Made by a program: the position numbers and the translations under genes. Under the pieces are notes generated by a model. That model worked only from the letters and a program-made list of their open reading frames with translations, ran no database searches and was not told the DNA's origin. Shown here one piece after another: positions 1-13,710 of a DNA stretch of 64,000 nucleotides; position 1 is the stretch's first letter, and each line of letters opens with the position of its first letter. Source of the stretch: Antedon mediterranea (taxonomy: Eukaryota > Animalia > Echinodermata). The stretch covers positions 14,712,871 through 14,776,870 of the forward strand of contig NC_092676.1 in NCBI RefSeq assembly GCF_964355755.1. Direction: 5' to 3'.

Positions 1-290
1 AATTCAACCTCCAACAAGCCTCTTATGTTATGTTCATAACATTTTATGGGGTCAATGTAAAAAATGACTTAAGACTAGAGTACAGCTATCAAATACTATC
101 ATTACAAGTAATATATTTGTTTACGCCCGACAAGGAGGTTATGTACAGTAGTTGTGCGCTTCTTTTCCCCGTGTGTTTGTTTCTATGGTTTTTTGTTACT
201 GTAGTTACCAGGATTATACTAAAAAATTATTTCCAGATCTTTACTAAATTGAAACCACAGATAGATATGTAGTCATGGATAATTAATAAT

Positions 291-678
291 AAACAAGAAT
301 ATTTCTTACAAAAAACGCTGCTCGCTTATTGTTATTGCTAAGGTCAAGTCTGGGGGTCACTTCATCAAGCCTAGATACTTCAAGTATCCTATTACAAACA
401 AAAACTTCAATGGACTGTTTTGATAATAATTCAATGATTATCTGACAGTGAATTATAGTAATATCATGGGACTCATAAATACCAGAAATGCTTTGAGATT
501 TGTCATTAGACTCTTTTCCCAGCCGTTTTTTGGATTCAACAGGTGGTACCTATAAATTATAGTAAAGTTTCCATTTTAACAAAAATGCCTAAGTGTAGTA
601 CTATACTGCTGCTTGATTTCATCTAATGAATGAGTCATCCCGTGTGACGTAGCGGGCTAGAGCAGCAGCGTGAAAAAA
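291..678 (-). mobile_element. HINE/DINE-1-like non-autonomous Helentron, family A, internally deleted copy
   Basis: Starts aaacaagaatatttcttacaaaaaacgctgctcgc and ends gagcagcagcgtgaaaaaa. The cgctgct subterminal inverted repeats and these ends recur at 25080-30908 and 45745-46207. Confidence 0.6.
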
Positions 679-859
679 GATCCACAGCAGGAATTGAACC
701 ATGGATCTCAACTGAGAGAGGCTGGATGCATAATCATTACAGTTTACACCAACTCTATTTTTAAAGTTGTAGTGCAAATAGCCTATAATAAAGAAACAAT
801 TATGAAAATCTGACTTGGCTTTCGAAATAGGGCAAGCGGGGATTTGATTGGCTTACGAT

Positions 860-1200
860 GAAATCATACATAAAGTTACCACCATGCATTAAAAAAAATT
901 CTGCACCATCATATCCCCATACAGTAATAAATCACTCTTTCACATGTGTAAATTCCCAAATAGCAAAGGTGATGCCAATTTTTAAGAATGGTGAAACTAA
1001 CCAAATAATTATTGTCTCATATCCGTTCTACTTATATTAAAAAAAATAATTGAATGAGTTGTTTTTAATCAACTTTATGCTTTTTTAAATAATAATCTAT
1101 TATATTATGTATAAATCAATCAGGTTTTCGACCATCATACTCAACATCTACTGCACTGCACACTGATGGAAGACTAGTATAGTGAAATAGACAAGGGTAA
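860..1200 (+). mobile_element. Decayed CR1/L2-group LINE reverse transcriptase fragment
   Basis: Residual motifs IAKVMPIFKNGE and QSGFRPSYSTSTAL across broken frames. Confidence 0.55.
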
Positions 1201-1269
1201 GAATCTACTTGATTTAAAAATCGTGAGTCAATTTTACTCAAATTTTTATTAATATATCACGAAGGTTGG

Positions 1270-2640
1270 GAGGTCTACTAAATGCAATAATGGGTGGTTC
1301 CGGAAAAACAGTCCTCAATAGTCGAATTTGGCTGACATGGTTTGTACGTCAGTGTCTGATAGCGAGGAATATCTTTTGCTTTCTTTATAGCAGTTTCAAT
1401 GTATTCCTCATTCAAGTGGTTTATTAGATTGAAGGGACAGAAAATTGGCCTCAAATTGTCCCATAAATAAATTTGCAATAGATAGCACCATTTTTGTGCC
1501 CATCGCTGTGCCATGAATTTGGAGGTAATGGTCATTGCCAAAAATAAAAATGTTGTTGGTTAAAATCAACATTACCAGTTGTCGTAAATAAGCTTTAGTA
1601 GGCATAGTGGATTAACCTGTGCCAAATGAGTATTTTTTTCTCATCACATAAACAGATTTTGCCATCTTATCCGCAATTTCCGGGGTGGGATCTGTTATAA
1701 GTTTACGATAATGAAGAGGATTGTTTAGCTGTCTTAAGGACTCCTCTTCATAAAATTTGATGTCCATAGCTACAGTGGCAGAACCTTTATCAGCGGGTTT
1801 AATGATGATATCATTACTCTGACGCAATTTGGCAATGGCCTGCTTTTCTTGTTTTGAGAGATTGTCACGTTGTCGCTGGACCAGGGATGTACAGTAGTTT
1901 TGTACATCCTCCTCAAAAGCCTGAATAAATGTTTCTAAAGTCTGACAACGATTTTTAGGTGGATTCCAGGAACTTTATGGTTTAAATTCAGCAAAAAATT
2001 CACGCAATCGTAATCTTCTGGAGAAAGATAGATGTTATGCGCCGACCTCCTGCCTTAGTTTTGGGCAGAATTTAAGTCCTCGGGAAAGAAGTTTTTTTCT
2101 CTCCTTCGGAAAGTCAACAATTAATTTCAACAACTGAATCAGAGGTGTTGCTCCGATTCTCGTTAGAAGTCCGAATAAACCTTCTGCAGGGTTTCCTATA
2201 AAGTCCTGAAATCATCCGAAGGTAGAGTCATTTGTGTTGAAATGACCAAGTCTGCAGGTAGACCAAATTTGTGATGTCCCCTCCGGGACATTACCTTTGA
2301 TTGCTTACGGCAATCATTGGCAATAATCCTAAGTTTGTTTTGAAACTCGGATGCAGGAAGTTCTCTTTTTAACTTCTTAGTTCTAGAGTGAATTTCAACG
2401 TTCAACTCTGTGAGGATTTTGTGGCAATTGTTAATTTGGATCTCATTGAGTTGACAGGCATTTTTGTGAAGGAAAGCGTTCCAACAAGAACACATGCCAT
2501 CATCTGCGAATGGAATACCAAATGTGACATGAAATTTGAGTCCTTTAGCGGCCGAATGTTTAAGAAAAGTATCTAAATGGTGACCATACCTGACACGTTT
2601 CTCGGACAGGCGACAGAATAAAAATATATATATACACCAC
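1270..2640 (-). mobile_element. Penelope-like retroelement RT remnant (frameshifted, deleted)
   Basis: ORF pieces carry Penelope RT motifs IIIKPADKGSATVAMD and HYLQIHGTAMGTKM...ANLFMGQFE. Confidence 0.8.
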
Positions 2641-3299
2641 ATAGGTATTTTTTAGATTTAATGTACACGTTTTTTTATATGAGTAGTTTTAAAAACCTAT
2701 TTCTTTTCATATTCACCCTCTTCTTTTTGGCGTTGCTGTTTTATTGTTAAGTCAACTGAAAATATTGTAAAAATTGCATACCAGCATATGTGTCATTTCT
2801 TATTTTATTCTGTACATAGGTATATACTTACAGAACATGCCTTGATTTTCAGGAAAATTGATATACTGTATTCTTTTAACATGGACATATTCTTAGACAT
2901 GGACCAAAATAGTAGTCAACTGGTCGAGTGGTTAAGCTTACTCTATGGGTTAACGCAGGGGTGCCGCAAATTGGCACAGCTTCAAGACACTCCTCGACCA
3001 TTGTTATGGCCAATCTTGATTTTAGACATGTCATTGTTGAAATGACGGAGTTTGTTTGTATTAAAATTATTTAAACAAATTGTAAACCCTGGCAGGATTT
3101 GAACCACATAAAGCTAATAAAAAAAAGTATCTTTGAACATGCTCCCTCAGTGGAAATATTTTGCCAAATACCTGTACTTCACTCATTTGATTCCATATTT
3201 TTTTATTTTTGGGTGTGAAGGAAGTTTGTTTAGTTGATAAATAGTTATAAAATCATTACTCATTATTTGAAAATACCAATAAAACAAATCAGAAAGTAC

Positions 3300-3422
3300 C
3301 TTGTCAATTCTTGGAACAATTTCTGTGGCTTTTTTGACAAATTCAATGTGTGTATCTCCCTCAACAGCTATAAACTCCTGGAACTCACTACTGCTACATA
3401 TTGCTGAGATACTACAAAGGTT
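3300..3422 (-). CDS. SNX19: Sorting nexin-19-like, coding exon 4 (end of PX domain); gene continues to the left
   Basis: AG/GT bounded, 123 bp, phase 0. NLCSISAICSSSEFQEFIAVEGDTHIEFVKKATEIVPRIDK resembles SNX19 LCAIPEIANSEEVQEFL...FVKK...RIDK. Confidence 0.85.
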
Positions 3423-4105
3423 CTAAAACACAACACAATCATTGTTTACTTTATATTGAAGCCAATTTATATTAAACTTTTTTACAAGGTTTACAGTATA
3501 TGCAGCTTTCTCTTCTTTACATGTATCAATTTGCATTAACTTTCTTTCTACTATAATTTAACTTAATTGGCATATTGTTGAGATAGGTTTAATGTTGCTT
3601 CAACAATTTTTCAAAACTAATTGTACTTTCCAGAATTGTAGAGAATTTAATTAAACAAAGCTTCCTAAATTGAAATTCAGAAGCGATATTTTTTGTTGAC
3701 ACAAGTACGCTTCTTAATAATAATAATATTTATTTAGTCACCAATGAAAGAATAACCAGGAGCCTAAACAGATTCTGCACTTCACTCCATACAATATAAA
3801 CAGAAAGACAATTATACAAAAAAATTACACAATTGTAATACAAATAAAACTATACATAACATGAAATAAAGTGTTTTGTTTCATATTATAGTAATTATGA
3901 GATAAACATTTTATCTTACACATAAAAACATAGGAAATACTTTCCCCAGTCTGTTGTTAATTTGTCTTTATTTTTTTTTTTAATGTCCGCCAGTCCGCAT
4001 TTTTTAGGTCAAGTATTATATGTATGAAACGCTATATGTGTCTTTTACTATAATATTATTAATATTACCTATAATAATGTAATAATAGTGAGAAGTTCGG
4101 TTTTA

Positions 4106-4593
4106 GAAAACAGAGACCTAATGTTGAGATGTTTTTATTGGGGTCTTTGAAAACAGAGACCTAATGTTGAGATGTTTTTATTGGGGTCTTTGAAAACAAA
4201 GACCTAATGTTGCGATGTTTTTATTGGGGTCTTTGAAAACAGAGACCTAATGTTGAGATGTTTTTATTGGGGTCTTTGAAAACAGAGACCTAATGTTAAG
4301 ATGTTTTTATTGGGGTCTTTGAAAACAGAGATCTAATGTTGAGATGTTTTTAGTGGGGTCTTTGAAAACAGAGACCTCATGTTGAGATGTTTTTATTGGG
4401 GTCTTTGAAAACAGAGACCTAATGTTGAGATGTTTTTATTGGGGTCTTTGAAAACAGAGACCTAATGTTAAGATGTTTTTATTGGGGTCTTTGAAAACAG
4501 AGACCTAATGTTAAGATGTTTTTATTGGGGTCTTTGAAAACAGAGACCTAATGTTAAGATGTTTTTATTGGGGTCTTTGGAAACAGAGACCTA
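4106..4593. repeat. 43-bp minisatellite, about 11.3 near-identical copies
   Basis: Unit gaaaacagagacctaatgttgagatgtttttattggggtcttt starts at 4106, 4149, ... 4321, ... Confidence 0.95.
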
Positions 4594-7172
4594 TGAGATC
4601 CCTATAATGTTATGCTTTAATCATTTTTGTTGTTCATTCTTTCAATGATACAAGTTTTTGTTTCAAGAAATCTTGGGCCCTCGGTGCCGAAGCCCCCGAA
4701 ATCTTTGGTTGCGCATGGTCATTACTATGTGACCCTGTCTTTTTGTACCAAGATGGCCGATAATGTGAGTGAAGCAAGTATCACGAGGCTGGCAGGAAGT
4801 GGTGGGGGGGGGGGGGGGGGGGGGTTTGCCTTGTAGGCGAGCGACAACACGTTATAACATAATTTGAGGCTATTTTAATCAAATTTAGGGTAGCCAATTT
4901 TTTCCCGTTTTTATGGTACATAAATAAAATACTGCGCAAGACTATAAACACACCCATGGGCTGATCTGTATGAATTTTTTTTTAAATAGAGATTTCCCTG
5001 GAAATTGCAATTATACATTGATATATGAAACAAAATTACAAGTCTACAGAGAACCAGCCCACCGAGATTGGGATGGAGCTAAGAACATTTCGAAAAATAG
5101 AGTTGTTAGGTCCCCGGAAATTGGATTATAGTGTTTCGAAAAAAGAAACAAAATATATAAGTCTCCAGGACCAGCCCTACCATTAGGGTTGAGGTACTAA
5201 GAAAATTGTGCAAAAATAGAACTGGAAATAGCACTTATTTATAAGCCCCTATTGATAAAAAAATTACACCTACTAGAGGGTGAGCTTGCTTCGCTTGCTC
5301 CCCCTCTAGGAAGTGTAGACGATGGTTCTCGGAATGATAATGTTCTCCTTGTACGTTTTCTGTCGGTTACCATTATTGAAAATGCTTGACATTCGTAAAA
5401 CTAAACTACTCTGTTTCACAGTGTTTTAGATGATTAATAACATTTTAAAGTATAGTTTTTATTGTTTGGTAGGGCCCTTTGGGGAGGCGGAGGTCATTTG
5501 AGGGAGGTACTTATTCGAGGGATATATGTTAAATTTTGTAGTTTTAATAATATGGTAACATTTATAATCAAATGAAATCCTCTAATAGATATGAAAAGTG
5601 CTAAAAAAGAATAACAAATGCTTGGTAAATTGTAGATAACAGTGCGGTGAATTCTACTACAAATAGTATAATTGTGTTATTATAAATATGTGGATGGACG
5701 TTTATTAGACAGTTGGGTTGGGGGGGGGGGGGGGTTATTATTCAAAGTGATGTTTTATTGGAGAGGCGTTTATTCAAATGAATACCATCCTAATAATTAT
5801 TAATACATTATTTAATTTAATCATCTTTTGAAACTAACTGCCGTGACAGAGTGGGCCCAAGAAAGAAGACATTACGGCTTGCAACATGGGCAGACATCTC
5901 GGTCCTAACGGGACACAGGAAGATAGCCTACAGTTATTCCTGCAAGCTTACTCAATAAAACTCAGCTATCGGAATTTCACTCGAAAAATGTCTTATCAAA
6001 TCTCCCTATGTAATTTTATAATACTATTCCCCACAATATATTCTGATTCTTTATGGCGTATATTTAATTTGATCTTTATTAATTTGCAGTATAATTCCTA
6101 TAATATTTAACTACTGTACCTTCACACACGCGCAGTATGTTTTAAAATAAACAAAAACTGAAATGGCTATGATTAATGGCCAACTTAAGCTCCAGTCCTA
6201 CTATCTGATTTTTTTTTCGTCTTCCAAAGGGACACTGTATTGATTGATGGAAAGTGCCTGTTTCCAGTCACCTTTAGGGTCAAATCTATTATTTTAATTG
6301 ACCGGGAAGAATTGAAATTGAGATGGAAATCTAATGTTGAAATCATAAATTTTGTTAAAAAACTCTTCATAATATCTTCCTAAGATAGATATATGAATAG
6401 CGTCGATGTGAACACTAATGTTATCAAATCTACGTTTCGCGGTACATCTCAGATAGATAAGGTAGGTATCCAAGGCGGAGATTTGTACCGAAGTTTTTTC
6501 ATTGTGCTCGCCTATGTCAGAATTAACCATAATTTATATATACTGTAGATACCTAAAACATATCAGGCCTAAGAGGCCTAAAACAGTGGCCCTTTGCCTT
6601 CGCCTTTTATTTGGAGGGGAATGTGTCCGCAAGCGTAGACCATTTTCCGTCAGGAAATCAGTTTATTTCCCATATGTATATGCGTGCATGTACCATCTGG
6701 ACTTTCAATGTACGATGAAAAGTTCTTGACATACAGGACATGTAATAACTTGGCTATAATAAGATGTTGGCTAAACGAAAATGGCATGTTTTTTGTTTGT
6801 AAGTAGCAGGCCTACAGTAGGTGAGCCTTAGGTACCCCACGGTAAAGAGGGTTAATCGTAAATTAAAAAATTGAACATACAAACAATAGATTGCGAACAC
6901 AATTCGTACCATTTTGATGTATAGCGTACGTCGATACACCGTACATGACGTAACTCGTCGGTAAACTTCGCATGGAAAGTAACTACAGTACACATTCTGG
7001 TCCCTGGATGAAACATGATATCACGCGTAAACCGCAATGGACCGGGCCCAATGTTAAGGGACACCGCCAGACAAGTGCGTACCTATTGTTTATTAGATCG
7101 CTGGCAATAATGCATGTATATAAAGTGTAATATCAGTCATCCTTAAGGAACCTCATGAAAAAAGTTTGTTAC

Positions 7173-7267
7173 CTGTAAATATCGCTCAAGGCTGAGTTTT
7201 CTTTGCAACACTACATCTTCATTCATTCTGTTGACAAGCTGTAATTTACGAGGCACGTCCTTCATAC
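7173..7267 (-). CDS. SNX19: Sorting nexin-19-like, coding exon 3 (PX domain)
   Basis: AG/GT bounded, 95 bp, phase fits exons 2 and 4. (G)MKDVPRKLQLVNRMNEDVVLQRKLSLERYLQ matches the PX RK..LE.YLQ motif. Confidence 0.85.
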
Positions 7268-7487
7268 CTAACAGAAATAAATAGTTCATTTTATTAATTT
7301 ATTTTAAAAAAACAATAAAACACATTAAAGAGGTCACAAATGAGCTAAAAACTTAACAAATACTTAATGGAAATGGGTTTAAGTTTACAATGTCATGTAA
7401 CAGTGATGTTTGATGTGAATTATGGAGTATGGAATTTTATTTGTTGTTGTAATATTTAATTAAGACTGGAAAAAAAACCTGAGACCT

Positions 7488-8622
7488 TGTTGAGCCTTAA
7501 AATGTGCAAAAAGTCACATTTGTGCAAACATGTTGCCCTCAAATGTGCAAACAACCACATTTGTGCAAACATGGCACTCTCAAATGTGCAAATCTGTAAA
7601 AATGTATAATCCACTAATGTGCAAACAAAACGCCGTCAAATGTAAAAACGATCAGTTTTGACGTTAAATGTGCAAATGAAATTTTACAAATGTGCAAATC
7701 GTTTTTTCAACCAAAATTGTTCATTAAAAATGATAACCTAATTCCTATAAAACACACACAATCATGTCTGGGAATGCAGGACTGACAGGTGGTCGCTGCT
7801 TGCTGGGGAGGGTAATCCATACTGTTAAAATTGAAGTCCCTTATAGTTGTGCACTTTTAAAATATGAAATTGTGACGATTTTCCTGTGCAAAGTTAACAA
7901 ATTAATTAGTTAACAGGAAAATAATATAGATGAAGTTTAGTAGGTATAAATATGGTATAATCCTTAGGCGATTGTAAATGTTATGCACGATTTAAAATAA
8001 CACAAATTTCGTTGCGAAATGAATCTGCACAACATTGTGTAATTTGAAATGCGCGAGGATATCTCATATAAATGTATACGGATTTTTATGAGCTTTGGGT
8101 TTATCAAATACTGAAAATACCATGCGCTATTCAACATTTTCTGCGCAATTTAAACTGATTCAATCTGCGCAAGAAAATCCTTACAATTTAAAATTGCATA
8201 AATTGTTCATATCGCACATAATAGACATCAATTTTAAATAAAATAATATAAAATCTGATCCGATTCATTATGTTTTGTGAATTTCCTTTTAAAATAAGAG
8301 GATAACTATAAAGAACTTTAACGGTATGGATTACCCTCTCCAGCAAGCAGCGACAATGTGTCAGTCCTGCATCCCCAGACATCATGGTTTGGTGTTTTTA
8401 AACAGATTATTTCAGCCATACAATTAAATACATGGCTATCTTGAAAACATTTTTAGAAAAAACCGTGATATTTATTTTTAATACAGATTTTAATTACAGA
8501 TTTGCACATTTGAGGATGCTATGTTTGGACAAATGTGGTTGTTTGTACACTTGAAGGCAACATGTTTGCACAAATATGGTTGTTTGCACAAATGTGACTT
8601 TTGCAAATTTCACGGCTCAACA
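7488..8622. mobile_element. Non-autonomous TIR element with TGT...ACA ends (Ginger-like)
   Basis: TIR tgttgagcc...ggctcaaca, subterminal aatgtgcaaa repeats on both arms, 5-bp TSD gacct (7483-7487 and 8623-8627). Confidence 0.75.
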
Positions 8623-8860
8623 GACCTCCATGCAGTGAAGTTTAATTAAAACAGGTTTGTGTTTATTGATGAGAACATGTTGTTCTCTGTATGGTATGGG
8701 TTAGGTGAGTACATGGTATAATAATCAATTACAGAATTTTTTGTTTATTTTTTTTTAGTCAAAATTATTGATAATGATAGATGTTATTTGTCCTTCGTAC
8801 AGTAGATAATTGATTAAGAAGCCCTCTGCAATTTAAGAATATCATTATTAATTGTAATAC

Positions 8861-8996
8861 CTTTGAGAAGTGGTTTCAGGTGAGGATTCAACTCTAGTCT
8901 ACTCTGTAAGTTTGTGAACTCTCTAAATCTTCTCTTTAATAAACGAGTTTCAGGTTCTTTTGGATGTTCATCTCCTCTCCAAATGAGTGCTTGATA
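8861..8996 (-). CDS. SNX19: Sorting nexin-19-like, coding exon 2 (PX domain)
   Basis: cacAG/GT bounded, 136 bp. YQALIWRGDEHPKEPETRLLKRRFREFTNLQSRLELNPHLKPLLK carries the PX RR[FY]REF.NLQ.RLE motif. Confidence 0.88.
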
Positions 8997-10322
8997 CTGT
9001 GAATTATAATCAATTTAAGAAAAGTTTCAAAATATTGGTTTAAAATGTTGTTCTGAAAAATATACACATGATTTAATGATTTTGCATGTTTGCATGATAA
9101 TACTAACTTTGAAATCAACAAAAATGGCATATTCTTCATAAGGGTTAACTTCGTCTGCACACACCAAAAAAACCCTTAAAAAAATCAGCTGCCAAAGATG
9201 CCACATTTATTTTACACAAATTCATACAATTTATAAAAGCTTCCATAATAAACATGAACTTTTCATTCAAGAGCTGTGACAGATTCAAATACCCTGTCAG
9301 TTAGGTGAATTAAGCAACATACAGTAAGATAAATGTATGTCAAATTGTTTGATGACATTATCAAAATAAAAATGGTGAAAGCCCACGAGAAAGATAATTG
9401 CTTCAGCAAGAGCCTATTGAAAAAATATACTCTGCGTACACATACATTTTTTGTGCTTACCGTAAATCTTTTAATTGTAACCCTGGGTTATTATTCTTTG
9501 ATTGTTTTTTAGGGTGGGTTACTATTAGAAGGGAGGTTACTATTAGAGTAGTGGGTTACTATTACTAATCTTAAATTAGGCACCTGAAAATAGCAACCCT
9601 TCCCAACTTTTCCAGTAAGCAACTTAGTCATAGCAAATAATAAAACAGTTCTCCTGATTTAATGTAATTTTCACCTGATTTTAAGCCTACTAATTTTATA
9701 GTAAATTTCAATTACACCTACAGAATACTCAAATTTATGAATAATTTTAATGTTATTACCTCCACCAAAAAGGTGACGTTTCACCAACTGTAAGTAAGTG
9801 AGGGTGTGTGTTGTGAAAAGTGTAGATGTCACAGTTTGTATCCGAATCTCTCCAAACTTGGCCACAATGATCAGTGAGTGTTTAGAAATATTGTATTAGG
9901 CGCTACATAAGACTACCACCATTATTACCTCCACCAAGGATGTTGGTGATCGCATGTGTCTGTTTGTTACTTGCCAAGTTGAGTAACTTTATTTGTTTGT
10001 ATGTTATTGTTAGCACGATAGTGCCTACAATTTTTAAATTACCATTCTGAATTTTCCGGTGTAGACAGGATATACTGTACTTACAGACCATACCATTGAA
10101 ATTCAAGACAATAGGTTTATTAATAACTTCACAAACAAAAACAAAGAAAAGTTTTATTCTTTTACTGTGATGGACCGAAATAGTTATTGTTTTCAGACCT
10201 GCTAGTGTTAAAAGATAGGAGACCAATTTCAAAAGCTGGCGAGGATTTGGTACCGAGTTGAAATTGCATTTTCTTAAGGATTACTTTTTTTTTGTGCAAG
10301 AGGCAAGAAATAAATTATAATT

Positions 10323-11195
10323 GGCGCTAGTTCCGTTTCGCACCTGTCGTTTATTTCGACTCAAAATTGGTTAAGTAACTTTATCGTGAGTACCACACCT
10401 TAGAATTAGGCCTAAAAATACTTTTACGAAGGAGATCACACAAAAAGTAAGAAAATAAATCCTTTAAATTGATGAATTTACAGACGGTTCGTGAATTTCG
10501 CATACTCCATGTTCAATGTTGTTGTTTCTATGGAGCGCCAAATAAGCAATCATAATAGAGGGATAAAAACTCAGTATAATGCGTATATTTAATGCATTTA
10601 TTGGTGAAAATTACGTTCAATTTTATCATACAGTATTTTGTCAATGTCAATGCAACAAAAATATTACTGTTGATACTGTACATGGTTTTTGCAGAAAATT
10701 TTAGGAATGGAAATCGACAAATTCATCATCATATTACATGGGGTATACCTGATCTAAATAATATTCCTCTTTTTACTCACTCTTAGGCCTAAGGTTGGTT
10801 GCTATTTGAAAACAGCAGATTATTAGCAGTAAAATGTTACAGCATTTTTATTGACAAAATATATTAAAATTAAACGTGTATTTCAATTTTAAATGCATTA
10901 AAAAAGACGCATTCCACTGAGTTTTTAACCATCTTTTGTTATTGCTCTTTTGGCGCTCCATAGAAACGAAAATATTGAACTTCGAGTATGCTAAATTCGC
11001 GAACGGTATGTGAAAAACATGTCTGCAAAATCATCAATTTAAAGGATTTATTTGTTACTTTTTATGTGATTCTTCTTCATAAAAGTACTTATGAGGCCCA
11101 ATTTTAAGGTGTGGTATTCACAATAAAAGTTATCTTAACAATTTAGAGTCAAAAGGAAGTCGAAATAAAAACAGGTGCGAAACGGAACTAGCGCT
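10323..11195. mobile_element. Foldback MITE (Merlin- or hAT-like) inserted into a HINE copy
   Basis: Long arms ggcgctagttccgtttcgcacctg / caggtgcgaaacggaactagcgct, 8-bp TSD ttataatt. The flanks rejoin to match the uninterrupted sequence near 13362-13395. Confidence 0.8.
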
Positions 11196-11460
11196 TTATA
11201 ATTTGTGATTTGTAATTTTAAAACATAATTCGATTTAATGTACAGGTTTTTTGATATGAATTTCTTTTCAAATTCACCAGCTTAAAGGGGGATTCTGGGT
11301 TTAAAATTGCTTTTAAATATCGTTTATTTATTAAATAAAAAATATTATAACAATATACTGTAGACATGTCAGAATGAAGAAGTAATAACGAGAAATTAAA
11401 AAAATTAAATTTCATATACATTTTAGGGTAAATTCATGTAAAGTCTGTTTTTCAGCAGCT

Positions 11461-12531
11461 TAGGGAAGCTCATTAATATTCATGAGATATTCACAAAATC
11501 ACGTCATCAGTGGATTCCAAACTCGCGACGTCAAGCTGGTACGTTGTGTTCTCTCTCCCCTGTCAAACGACGACCACCCAATCATTGTGAAATACATTTT
11601 TTGTAGATTTTCTAAGCTAGGCCTAAAGTGTAATAATAACAGTAGTAGCATATATTTATTTGACATTTAATGAAATACAAAATTTAGTACAAATTACGGA
11701 GTCATAAATTATACTATTTTTATACCTCGAATAGTACAGATCGTATATCAGCTTCATGTACTAGGCTAGGCCTAGCCTAAATCATTTTATTCATGGGTGA
11801 GAGCCATTTCTGACTAGGGATTCCATGCCAGGATGGCTACGTTAAAACATTGGGGCCATCATTCATGGGCCTAGCTAGCCTATTACTAAATGATTGGCCC
11901 ATTAATAACAAAATTCAGTGGATTCCAAACCCATCCTATCAACCAAACTCCTAAACAATCTAAACCTAAAACGTTCTACAAAAATCGGCTGTAAATATTG
12001 AGGCAAAACAAGGTCCGATCGCCGTCCGCACGTATGGTGTCCCGATCGTCTAATAAGTAGGCCTAAAATAGGCCTAGTTTACTCTCCAAAAAAGCGGATA
12101 CTGCATCAAGCAAGTAGACCGGTAGTAGGAAGGAGACCTAGCCGATCCGGCCCAGTTAAAAATTGAGCTCGCTAGTGTACTGTAGTAGACCCTATGTATG
12201 CGAATTGATACTACCAGGCCTTTTACTATAAGCTACACTAAAATTAGCAATACTTATGTTTACAAATATTCCAACTCTCTCTCATTCGAGCTATATTAAC
12301 TACACCATTCCGGTAGGGCGAGTCGACCTTCCATCAAATACTGTACATCGTTCATGTTGTGATTATAGACGAGGTATACTCGACCCGACCAGTTTGGTAT
12401 TGTATACTGTATCTGCTTATCACGTGACGATGCCAGGCATGGGCAGAGAGAGCACGTGTATCGTCGTCTCGCTCTCCTCGCTCAGCAGGAATATATACGT
12501 TACGCTTCATTGATTTTGAAGGCTTTCCCTA
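11461..12531. mobile_element. Possible degenerate TIR element, CpG-rich
   Basis: Weak inverted ends tagggaagc / gctttcccta; interior is CpG-rich relative to the flanks. Confidence 0.3.
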
Positions 12532-13055
12532 AGTCAGTGCGAAAATTGGCAAACGTAAAGTGCAAACTTATCTAATTTTTCACTGTTTTGATGGATTTCA
12601 TAGAAAATTGACTTTATAAATGGGAAGACCGACTAAAATTACATCAGATAAGTATAATTTTACAAAAGTAATTGATATGGTTAATGATAACGAGTCGAAT
12701 TTCCTATTCTGTAACCACAGTGTGATTTTGCCGTAGCTGCACTTGTAATCTGGCCTCATTTCACAGCCTTTGTTCTGCTTCACTGGGCGCTTATATAAAT
12801 TGAAACTTTTACCGTTCAAGAGACAAACAAATATATTTTACATTTTTTACTATTCATTTTAAACCCGGAACCCCCCTTTAACTGTTTGTGGCGTTTTGAC
12901 ACTGACAGGCTTTTTTCTTAACTTTTACAGTTAATAATTGTTCCATTGTAATGTTAGTCAACTGAAACTATTGTTATAGTAATAAATAAAATTAATGATA
13001 TTTTGAAATTATATTACTACGGTATTTGCAGCAATGCATATGTGTCATTGTTTAA

Positions 13056-13710
13056 TTTACCTCCGCCAAGGAGTGCTATGTAATCGGTAGCGTGTGTTTG
13101 TTTGTTTGTTAGCAGGATTGCTCAAAAAGTAATTACAAGATCTTTACCAAAATGAATATACACATAGCCATTAAATTTTGGGACCATTTGGGACCACAGT
13201 CCCAATTCTGGACCACTTTTTGAGTATACTTTTCAGACCTGCTAGTGTTAAAAGATAGGACAGAATGTTTCAAAAGCCGGTGAGCGGTCTTAAAGTAACA
13301 AGTAAACTGAAATTGCATTTTCTCGAGAACTACTTGTCCAAAAAACTTCATTTTTGTACAAGAGGCAAGAGTTATAATTTGTGATTTGTAATTAAAAAAC
13401 ATAACTTGATTTAATGTGCACGTTTGTTGATGCGAGTAGTTTAAAAAACCTATTTCTTTTCAAATTCACTTGTTTGATTTTCGTGTTGCTGTTCTATTGT
13501 TAGTCAACTGAACCTATTGTTAATTGAAAGGCTTGTTACATAAACATTACACGAAACTCGCATACACATGCTTGTAGTGAAATTAGCCTAAATATCAAAC
13601 GGCATTAAGACACACACAAATATATAGATATATTTTTTACCGGAGAAATCTTATGTAGGAGAATTTTACAGTAGGCGGAGGTATGCACTCTCGGGAGTGG
13701 CTTTCTAGTT
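13056..13710 (+). mobile_element. HINE/MER6-Pearl-like non-autonomous Helentron, family E
   Basis: 5' tttacctccgccaaggag, (GTTT)n microsatellite, 3' aggcggaggta subTIR plus cactc...gagtg hairpin and ctagtt end. Related copies at 9920-11280, 21190-24120 and 2655-2775. Confidence 0.75.

Noticed and set aside
3060-3171. Possible SNX19 exon 5 (VFGKIFPLREHV...)
   Set aside because: An acceptor is present but there is no convincing similarity or donor. Later exons could not be placed.
4106-4593. CRISPR-like regular repeats
   Set aside because: Units are contiguous with no unique spacers, no cas genes are present, and the context is a eukaryotic intron.
8936-9160. 74-aa ORF as an SNX19 exon
   Set aside because: Wrong frame; the PX-coding exon is 8861-8996 in another frame.
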